A stretch of DNA of 10,109 bases from Candidatus Binatia bacterium. Its GTDB lineage: Bacteria; Desulfobacterota; Binatia; Bin18. Below the pieces are notes generated by a model. That model had not been told where the DNA came from and made no database searches. It saw only the letters and a list, made by a program, of their open reading frames with translations. Shown one piece after another: positions 1 to 6,379 of this stretch. Position 1 is the first letter of the stretch, and each line of letters opens with the position of its first letter. A program made the translations under genes and the position numbers. The stretch lies in assembly GCA_963664395.2 (NCBI GenBank), contig CAXXIS010000003.1, forward strand, positions 1 to 10,109, written 5' to 3'.

Positions 1-53
1 AGCGCAAGGTCCTGGGGACGAATGCCCTGCGTTTCTATGGCATTACCACCTGA
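1..53 (+). CDS. 3' end of a probable amidohydrolase-family (Amidohydro_2-like) protein, partial
   Basis: The frame starting at nt 3 reads RKVLGTNALRFYGITT* (TGA 51-53). This matches the typical C-terminal 'RKILGxNAxRxYGL' signature of Amidohydro_2 proteins. Only 16 codons are visible and it is not in the ORF track. Confidence 0.65.
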   Translation, partial: RKVLGTNALRFYGITT

Positions 54-58
54 GCCCC

Positions 59-89
59 GTAGGTCGGATGAGCGTAGCGTAATCCGACA
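59..89 (+). repeat. GTAG-type REP-like palindrome
   Basis: GTAG (59-62) is followed by stem GTCGGAT (63-69) / ATCCGAC (82-88), with an inner GC-GTA-GC mini-hairpin. It starts 5 nt after a stop codon. The architecture matches GTAG-family REP elements. Confidence 0.75.
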
Positions 90-105
90 GCGCTTCGTGG
101 GGGCG

Positions 106-189
106 ACCCACCCCGCCGCTGACGCGGCACCCCTCCAGGGAGGGGATGTCCCCCCGCTCCCCTCCCTGGAGGGAATTGTTACCCACCCC
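106..189. repeat. Nested palindromic intergenic repeat (CCCCTCC..GGAGGGG type)
   Basis: ACCCACCCC occurs at 106-114 and again at 181-189. There is a hairpin GCCGC-TGAC-GCGGC (115-128). A perfect 16-bp inverted repeat pairs CCCTCCAGGGAGGGGA (131-146) with TCCCCTCCCTGGAGGG (158-173), and each arm is itself quasi-palindromic. Confidence 0.7.
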
Positions 190-318
190 AACCGCTCACC
201 CTTACGCCACGTTCGCGGGGAAACAAATCGACCTTGCCCGATGCCGATCTTATTGGCGTGCCACCCTCCTGCTCAGGTCCGCACCGCCGGCAATGAAAAA
301 TTCCTGGTTGCACGCCCC

Positions 319-347
319 TTGCCATTCACAACAACGTGACCTATTTT
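319..347 (+). promoter_or_regulatory. Putative sigma70 promoter for the 438-1178 operon
   Basis: TTGCCA (319-324), 17-nt spacer, TATTTT (342-347), ending about 90 nt upstream of the likely start codon at 438. Confidence 0.5.
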
Positions 348-376
348 ACCCCTAAATAAACGGAAGTTATATCAAT

Positions 377-396
377 GCGTTAGCACTCTTTAACGC
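377..396. promoter_or_regulatory. Inverted repeat, candidate operator
   Basis: GCGTTA (377-382), N8, TAACGC (391-396), lying between the putative promoter and the RBS. Confidence 0.35.
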
Positions 397-437
397 TCTT
401 TGTTCACAAGCGGGTGCTCGCAAAAGGAGAAATGAAG

Positions 438-926
438 ATGGACAGATTGCCACTTCTGTTCACGCTCAAAGACCTGGTCTACGGTGATGGTTTTCTAGCA
501 GATATCGAGGCACAAGGTCGGGCATTACTTGAGCGCGGTCCCGAAGAAGAAGGGGAGGTCTGGATAACCGGAGTCCAGCCTGGAGGCATTGCAGAAGGCG
601 CAGAAAGTGCCCTCAAGGCGTATGCCAAATTCAAGAATACCTATAAGGCCGTTCTTTTTGATGTTGCTTTAGAGGCGAAGACTTTCAACGAATTCAGGCA
701 AGAGGTCCAAAATTTCTTCAATGAGGTTTGCAGCCCAGCAGAAAAAGAATGGTGGCATGCTGTCGAACGGGTGAGAAAAGAAAGGTACACGGAGAAAGGG
801 CTACATAAGAAGTCCGCAAAAAATACGGAAATGAAAATAATTGTCAAGAAAGTGAAGAGCGCACCGAAGTATAACACCATTGATGCTGAGTGCCATCAAC
901 TGCCTGAACTGGACCTCGCTGCTTAA
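438..926 (+). CDS. Hypothetical protein, divergent HicB-like antitoxin candidate (162 aa)
   Basis: RBS AAGGAG (424-429) lies 8 nt before ATG 438; the ORF track start is GTG 414 and another ATG is at 432. The segment GEVWITGVQPGGIAEGAESALKAYAKFKNTYKAVLFD resembles the HicB N-domain pattern 'GxxxxxxPDLPGxxxxGxTxEEAxxxxxEAxxxxL'. The protein ends in ...PELDLAA. The gene is well supported; the function is inferred. Confidence 0.55.
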   Translation: MDRLPLLFTLKDLVYGDGFLADIEAQGRALLERGPEEEGEVWITGVQPGGIAEGAESALKAYAKFKNTYKAVLFDVALEAKTFNEFRQEVQNFFNEVCSPAEKEWWHAVERVRKERYTEKGLHKKSAKNTEMKIIVKKVKSAPKYNTIDAECHQLPELDLAA

Positions 927-929
927 CCT

Positions 930-1178
930 ATGGCAACTTCAGGGCGCGCTCGTATGAGCAAGATACGTAAGATGCTCGACGAGTGTGCTCCTGGTTATTC
1001 AATAGAGAAAAAAGAGCATAAACAGCGGGTTTGGTACAAGGAAAAAACGTATCACCTGCCAAAAGGGGAGCACGGCAAAAAAGACCCTGAAATTGAAAAA
1101 GGCCACATTAAACGCATGGTCAATCACTTGGAAATAGATTTAGAATGTGCCAAGCAACACCTTGCTGTTTTCAGATAG
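930..1178 (+). CDS. Small basic protein, divergent HicA-like mRNA interferase candidate (82 aa)
   Basis: Starts 3 nt after the upstream stop and is Lys/Arg/His-rich. The apparent alpha-beta-beta-beta-alpha layout is N-helix SKIRKMLDE, then GYSIEKKEH (His30 at the HicA GSH position), then TYHLPKGEH, then EIEKGHIKRMVNHLEI, which resembles the HicA 'ELxxGTLxxILKQxGI' motif. Confidence 0.6.
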   Translation: MATSGRARMSKIRKMLDECAPGYSIEKKEHKQRVWYKEKTYHLPKGEHGKKDPEIEKGHIKRMVNHLEIDLECAKQHLAVFR

Positions 1179-1192
1179 GCGTATACTTGCAC

Positions 1193-1213
1193 GTGCGGGG
1201 AGACCGCACTTAT
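1193..1213 (+). terminator. Short hairpin between convergent genes, possible terminator
   Basis: GTGCGG (1193-1198), loop GGAGA, CCGCAC (1204-1209), followed by TTAT. The U-tract is weak. Confidence 0.35.
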
Positions 1214-1563
1214 CCCTGAATCAAATCTTTATACCGCAACCGTTTATTCATAAGCCCCGCGCCATACACTCCATCTGTACGGCAGTATCAAGCGGACGTT
1301 GGTTGTGACGGCCTGCAAACTCATTCACATAGCGGCTCAGGTGCTTCACACTCATTTTGTGATACGTGCCGTAGTAGCCACGTTTGAGTAGCGCCCAAAA
1401 GGATTCTATGCCGTTCGTGTGGGCCATGCCGTTGACGTATTCTTTAGCGCCGTGTCGCACCACTTCCCGGTTTGGCACCTAGTTATAGCCACTGTGTTCG
1501 TCTGTATAGACCTTGGTTCCCGGCTCGACATGCCCATTCACAAATCTGCTCAGCGTCGGGCCG
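1210..1563 (-). pseudogene. IS1595-family (ISXO2-like DDE) transposase remnant, C-terminal part only
   Basis: The minus strand reads GPTLSRFVNGHVEPGTKVYTDEHSGYN*VPNREVVRHGAKEYVNGMAHTNGIESFWALLKRGYYGTYHKMSVKHLSRYVNEFAGRHNQR...MARGL, carrying the IS1595 motifs YTDE, EYV, HTNxIESFW and KHLxRYxxEF. There is an in-frame TAG at 1479-1481. A 1-nt frameshift at the G-run (CCCC 1255-1258 on the plus strand) hides the natural ending MNKRLRYKDLIQG* (TAA 1210-1212). The N-terminal half is absent. Confidence 0.92.
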
Positions 1564-1572
1564 CAGTGGCCC

Positions 1573-2790
1573 TCAGTCCCGCTCAACCCAGTCATCAAGG
1601 ACGGGCGGGACGCGCAGGCGCTCGGGGACGATCTCTACGCCAATGCGCCGGTCCAGCTCTGCGTGCCAGTGATAAATACGCCGCTCCTGGTAGTTGAGGG
1701 GCACCCCCCGAAAGCCAGGCGAGGTGAGTGACTCCTGGATGGGTTCCACAAAGGCGATGTCTTCATCAACAATATGATCAAAGTTCGCGATGCGTGTCTC
1801 CCACAGCGGATGGCGCTCGCCGTCGCCCCAGTCCGGGGCAAACCAGATGACATCCAGGATGGTGCGGTCTACGCTCTGCGGCCAGAAGGCGACGGCCGGA
1901 ATACCGGTCGGCGCGATTGGCACGATCAGGTTCGGAAACAGGTGATAACTGGGATTATGATCCCGCTCGATGGTCGTGGCGGTGGCCATCTCGGGCATGC
2001 CGACGGTTCCGGGATCGACCCAGTCCGGGCGGCGGTTGGGCGAGAGCATCATCGAGTGGCCCTGCTCCCACAGATGCACGCTGGTCGCCAGGTTATCGAA
2101 GATGCGGTCGGTGGTGCGGCGGTGTAATAACCGGAAGTGATACGCCTCCAGGAAGTTTTCCAAAACGACCTTGTAATTGCCCCGCACCTCGACGTTGCGC
2201 TGATGGACGAGCCGCAAGTCGTGCAGGGGCAGATGGCGAAAATAGCGCGCGACCGGCTCAAGAAAATGCTCCAGGGACGGCGCATCGGCGGCTTCACACA
2301 CAAAGATCCAGTTGCCCAGCAACGCGCACCGCACGGGGACCAGGCTGCGGCACGACAGGTCCGGATTGACCCAGTCCCGCGGGTCGGTAACGGCCGTCAG
2401 GGCTCCGGTCGTGTCATACGTCCAGCCGTGATAGCCGCAACTGAAGAAACGACCGGTCTTGCCTGAATCCTGTTGCATCACCGGGGCACCCCGGTGGCGG
2501 CAGGTATTGTAGAAGGCCCGAATCTGGCGATCCACACCCCGGATTACCAGGATGGGGGTTCCCGTCCGGCGCCAGACGATGAAGCTGCCGGGCTCGGGCA
2601 GTTGATCCGTATGCCCGACGTACAGCCAGCCCTGTTTGAACAGCGCTTCGCGTTCCAGGGCAAAGAACTCCGGCTCCCAGTAGCGCCCACCGGGAATGTC
2701 GGGCAGGGCCGGAAACCCGACGGGCGCCGAGGTTCTGCCGCGCTCAAAGGCGACCCCGGCTTTCCATTGCTCGATTGTCTGTGGGTCCAT
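1573..2790 (-). CDS. Rieske non-heme iron oxygenase, alpha subunit (ring-hydroxylating / choline monooxygenase-like)
   Basis: Rieske motif CRHRG...CGYHGWTY. Mononuclear Fe motif ENFLEAYHFRLLH with a distal EDxxxxExIQ. 405 aa. Confidence 0.95.
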   Translation of the reverse strand: MDPQTIEQWKAGVAFERGRTSAPVGFPALPDIPGGRYWEPEFFALEREALFKQGWLYVGHTDQLPEPGSFIVWRRTGTPILVIRGVDRQIRAFYNTCRHRGAPVMQQDSGKTGRFFSCGYHGWTYDTTGALTAVTDPRDWVNPDLSCRSLVPVRCALLGNWIFVCEAADAPSLEHFLEPVARYFRHLPLHDLRLVHQRNVEVRGNYKVVLENFLEAYHFRLLHRRTTDRIFDNLATSVHLWEQGHSMMLSPNRRPDWVDPGTVGMPEMATATTIERDHNPSYHLFPNLIVPIAPTGIPAVAFWPQSVDRTILDVIWFAPDWGDGERHPLWETRIANFDHIVDEDIAFVEPIQESLTSPGFRGVPLNYQERRIYHWHAELDRRIGVEIVPERLRVPPVLDDWVERD

Positions 2791-2825
2791 AGCGCGACTA
2801 TACGTGGTGACGCACGGATGAGCAA
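2791..2825 (-). promoter_or_regulatory. Putative sigma70 promoter giving a leaderless mRNA for the Rieske gene
   Basis: The minus strand reads TTGCTC (2825-2820), 17 nt, TATAGT (2802-2797), 6 nt, ATG (2790). No Shine-Dalgarno sequence is visible. Confidence 0.55.
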
Positions 2826-2852
2826 TTCTTTCGATACAACGGCAGGCGTCTG

Positions 2853-4313
2853 TCAGGCCTCCCCCGATTCAGTGTAGCCGAGGCTGTGCACGTCCTGCCC
2901 GTGGCCGTGCCGGGTGATGGTGTATTTGCCGACCAGGTAGATCGAAATCCAGGGGAGTGTCAGGCTGAGGGCGACATGGAAAATAGCGAGATTACGTATC
3001 GGCTCCTGCATGGCCTCCACGCTCGGATTCGCGACCGAGAAGCCGAACACCGACAGCAGCAGGCCCACGACGAACACGCCCCCGGCGCTGACCATCTTCT
3101 GCGCCAGGGCCGGCCCCGCGGTCAACAGACCCTCACTGCGCCGCCCGGTCTTGCGCTGGCTTTCCTCAACGATATCCGCGGTCATGGAGCCGACCAGGAT
3201 AAAACCAACGACCGCCAGCGACACCAGAAACGCACTGTGCAGCAAGAGCAGCCACCATAAAACGTCGCTGCCATTGGCCGGAAACAGTGGCACGGACACC
3301 AGGGGGTCGAGCAGCCGCAGCACGACCGGCAGCGGCCCCAGCGTGGCCGACAGCAGAAACAGGCCGATCGCGGTTTGCTTCTTGTCCCGCCCGCGCGTCA
3401 GCGGATAGGCCAGCAGTCCGCAACTGATGGCGATGAACATATGGACAACGGGAAAAATCTGGACGTGCTCGGGAGTCCATTGCCAGAAATACAGGTCGTA
3501 GTAGCGGTCCGTATTGCTGTGCAGACCGACATATAGGGCAAACACCAGCCCCGCGGCAAACAACATCAACCACGAGCGATTCGACAGCGTCTCGACGATT
3601 TCCCGGCCCAGCTTGCGCGGGCTGAACCCCACGCCAGCGTCGGCCTCGGGAACGTGCAGAGCGGGGATATGCCGATGCAGGCCGAGCGTTGAAATCATGC
3701 CGGTCGCAAAAATGATCAGTCCCCCAATCCAGGCCATATCCCGGTAGCCGGCCGGGTTCAGATAGGCCCGCGAGCCCTGATACTCGGCCGTCTCCGGCAA
3801 CAAAAAGGCCAGCGTCAGCCAGGCAAACCCGGCTCCCCCAAACCAGCCGTAGGAGGTACTCCAGCCGACCAACTGCGTCCGCTGGTCGTAGTCCTTGGTG
3901 AGTTCCGGGCCGAGTGCGCCCCGCGGAATTTCGTATAAGGTCATCGACACCCGTACGGCCACGGCCAGACACAGCAGCCGCACGAACAGGCCGCTTTGGC
4001 TGAGGTCGGTCGGTGGCTGGAGCAGGGCATGGAACGAGACGGCAAACGGCAGGATGCCGGCATACATGAAGGGGTGGCGCCGGCCCCAGCGCGTCCGCGC
4101 CCGGTCCGACCAGACGCCGACCAGCGGGTCGGTGACCGCGTCAACCACCAGCGCCAGCGCCAAGGCCAGCCCGGCCAGCGCCGGCTCCAGCCCCAGCACC
4201 TGATTGTAGTACACCAGCACCCAGCCACCGAAGACGTGGTTCTTCACGCCACTGGCGATGGCGCCAAAACCAAACGCGTTCAGGGTGCCGCGGCTGGCGT
4301 GGTAGGCTGGCAC
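2853..4313 (-). CDS. MFS transporter, GPH (MelB/MFS_2) family
   Basis: Many hydrophobic segments. GPH signatures are DAVTDPLVGVWSDRARTRWGRRHPF, PELTKDYDQRT and SMTADIVEE...TGRRSEG. The GTG start is 2 nt after the BVMO stop. Confidence 0.92.
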   Translation of the reverse strand: MPAYHASRGTLNAFGFGAIASGVKNHVFGGWVLVYYNQVLGLEPALAGLALALALVVDAVTDPLVGVWSDRARTRWGRRHPFMYAGILPFAVSFHALLQPPTDLSQSGLFVRLLCLAVAVRVSMTLYEIPRGALGPELTKDYDQRTQLVGWSTSYGWFGGAGFAWLTLAFLLPETAEYQGSRAYLNPAGYRDMAWIGGLIIFATGMISTLGLHRHIPALHVPEADAGVGFSPRKLGREIVETLSNRSWLMLFAAGLVFALYVGLHSNTDRYYDLYFWQWTPEHVQIFPVVHMFIAISCGLLAYPLTRGRDKKQTAIGLFLLSATLGPLPVVLRLLDPLVSVPLFPANGSDVLWWLLLLHSAFLVSLAVVGFILVGSMTADIVEESQRKTGRRSEGLLTAGPALAQKMVSAGGVFVVGLLLSVFGFSVANPSVEAMQEPIRNLAIFHVALSLTLPWISIYLVGKYTITRHGHGQDVHSLGYTESGEA

Positions 4314-4315
4314 GG

Positions 4316-6145
4316 CTACGTGAGTTCCACGCCCTCCAGCCGGCCGGTGGAGCGCCAGTCGTCAAGGATGCGGAAAAACCTGATGGGCCCGGCCCCGTAG
4401 GTACCGGCAAAAAACCCGTTAGAGGCATCAAGTTTGCCCTCGTTGTTGTAATAGCCGGGCGTGCACTCGGCGTAGAACCGCTCGGCGATACGCGCCTTGT
4501 CCTGCATCTCGGCCAGCCAGAGTTCTTCGGCTTCGAGCGTAGCCTCAATCCGCGTTGCGCCCCGTTGGCGGGCTTGATCGAGGATATAGGTCACATGCTT
4601 GGCCTGCTCATTCAGGGCATGCGGGACGTTCACCGAGAGGGCCGTCTGGGTGAAGCCGAGGAAAAAGCAGTTCGGAAAACTGTTGGCCTGGAGTCCGTAC
4701 AAGGTGCGCCAGCCGTTGGCCCACTTGTCGCTGAGGGAGAGGCCGTTGCGGCCGATGATGTCGTAGCCGGCCCGGCGGGTGTAGCTGGTGCCGACCTCGA
4801 AGCCGGTGGCGAAGACGATGCAATCGACCGGATACTCGGTCCCGTTGGCCACGATGCCCCGCTCGGTGATACGCTCGACGCCCCTGCCGTCGGTATTGAC
4901 CAGGGTCACGTTCGACCGGTTGAAGGTCGGCAGGTATTCGTCATGGAAGCAGGGCCGTTTGCAGAACTGCCGGTACCAGGGCTTGAGCGCCTCAGCGGTG
5001 TTCGGGTCGTTAATAATGGCCTCGGCCCGGGAGCGAACCTGATTCATCTTCTGGAAGTCGAGCAGCTCCATGAGCTGGCCCTTCTCGCGTGAGGAGAGAC
5101 GCCGACCCAACTCGCGCGCAGCCGTCTTGGCAGCAATGCCGGTCAGGTTGCGGAAAATCTCGGTCCAACCGTCCGCCACCAGGTCTTCGTCCTGGTTACC
5201 CCCGCTGACCAGAATATTGAAGTTTTCCATGCGCCGCTGCTGCCAGCCCGGTTCGAGGTTCTCGGCGAAGTCCGAATCGGTCGCCTGATTGTTGCGCACA
5301 TCGATTGACGAGGGGGTACGCTGAAACACATACAGATGCTCGGCTCCCGCGCCGAGGTGGGGAATGCACTGCACCGCAGTCGCGCCCGTGCCGATAATGG
5401 CGACGCGTTTATCGGCCAGGCCGGTCAGGTTGCCCTCCGAGTCGCCGCCGGTATAGTCGTAGTCCCAGCGGCTGGTGTGGAAGGTATGACCCTTGAAGGT
5501 GGTGATGCCTGGGATACCCGGCAGCTTGGGCCGGTTGAGCGGCCCGTTGGCCATGGCCACAAATTGAGCCCGGATGGCGTCACCCCGGTCGGTATGAATA
5601 ATCCAGCGCCCGCTCGTGTCGTCCCAGCGCATGTCGCTCACCCCGGTCTGGAGGCAGGCGTTTGTGTACAGGTCGTAGTGGCGGGCGATGGCCTTGCTGT
5701 GTTCAAAGATCTCCGGCGCGTACGAGTATTTGTGTTTCGGGACGTAGTTCAACTCTTCGAGCAGCGGCAGATAGCAGTACGACTCGACGTCGCACATGGC
5801 GCCGGGATAGCGATTCCAATACCAGGTGCCGCCGAAGTCGCCGGCCTTCTCAATGACTCTGATATCGTCAAAGCCGGCCTCGCGCAGCCGGCCGCCCATG
5901 AGCAGCCCGCCGAAACCGCCGCCGATGATGGCCACCTGTACTTCATCGTTAAGCGGGGCGCGTTCGGTCCACTCGGTATACGGGTCGTCGGTGTAGCTGG
6001 CGAATTCGTCAGCGACTTCCTGGTACTGGGCGTTGCCGTCCTCGCGCAGCCGCTTGTCGCGCTCGTAGCGATATTTGGCCCGAAGCTCAGCCGGGTCAAA
6101 GCCTAATTTTTCCTTTGGGTCACCCTCCAACAGGTCGATGCTCAT
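4316..6145 (-). CDS. Type I Baeyer-Villiger monooxygenase (FAD/NADPH-dependent; long N-terminus, CDMO/CPDMO/PtlE-like group)
   Basis: Motifs [21 protein letters not shown] fingerprint [11 protein letters not shown] (FxGxxxHxxxW), GTGATA and ATGF. RBS GAGGAG lies upstream. 609 aa. Confidence 0.95.
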   Translation of the reverse strand: MSIDLLEGDPKEKLGFDPAELRAKYRYERDKRLREDGNAQYQEVADEFASYTDDPYTEWTERAPLNDEVQVAIIGGGFGGLLMGGRLREAGFDDIRVIEKAGDFGGTWYWNRYPGAMCDVESYCYLPLLEELNYVPKHKYSYAPEIFEHSKAIARHYDLYTNACLQTGVSDMRWDDTSGRWIIHTDRGDAIRAQFVAMANGPLNRPKLPGIPGITTFKGHTFHTSRWDYDYTGGDSEGNLTGLADKRVAIIGTGATAVQCIPHLGAGAEHLYVFQRTPSSIDVRNNQATDSDFAENLEPGWQQRRMENFNILVSGGNQDEDLVADGWTEIFRNLTGIAAKTAARELGRRLSSREKGQLMELLDFQKMNQVRSRAEAIINDPNTAEALKPWYRQFCKRPCFHDEYLPTFNRSNVTLVNTDGRGVERITERGIVANGTEYPVDCIVFATGFEVGTSYTRRAGYDIIGRNGLSLSDKWANGWRTLYGLQANSFPNCFFLGFTQTALSVNVPHALNEQAKHVTYILDQARQRGATRIEATLEAEELWLAEMQDKARIAERFYAECTPGYYNNEGKLDASNGFFAGTYGAGPIRFFRILDDWRSTGRLEGVELT

Positions 6146-6197
6146 GCGTGTCTCCTCGGTCCTGACTTCCCGGTCTGGCGTTGATTCCGCAACCAGT

Positions 6198-6247
6198 TGC
6201 TCGACATAATGAGCGAGCAGTCTAAAGAATATCCGGCGGTGCGTCTA
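6198..6247 (-). promoter_or_regulatory. Candidate promoter plus operator-like inverted repeat upstream of the BVMO-MFS operon
   Basis: The minus strand reads TAGACG (6247-6242), 17 nt, TAGACT (6224-6219). An inverted repeat TGCTCG (6198-6203) / CGAGCA (6214-6219) overlaps the predicted start site. Confidence 0.3.
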
Positions 6248-6379
6248 TTAGGCCGCCGCCGGGTTGCGGGAGTCCGAGTGGGTCGCCGTCGCGCTGCATC
6301 CAACCCAGCGCAACGATCCCTTCTGGGACGACTTCCTGAGAGACCCGCCGTTGATTTCCTTTTCGGCGTTGAAATGAGG

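Noticed and set aside
22-355. ORFs 22-339 and 146-355
   Set aside because: They run through palindromic repeats and the putative promoter, are Pro/Arg-rich, and show no recognisable protein features.
1479-1481. In-frame TAG in the transposase as recoding (pyrrolysine or alternative code)
   Set aside because: TAG acts as a normal stop for other genes here (930-1178, 4316-6145, 6380-7597), and the remnant has other inactivating lesions.
1635-6106. Numerous overlapping alternative ORFs within the Rieske, MFS and BVMO genes
   Set aside because: They are off-frame or antisense shadows with no family motifs.
6287-6315. Hairpin CGTCGCGCTG / CAGCGCAACG downstream of the FGE-domain gene as a terminator
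   Set aside because: It has a 9-nt loop and no U-tract on either side, and could be chance pairing in GC-rich sequence.
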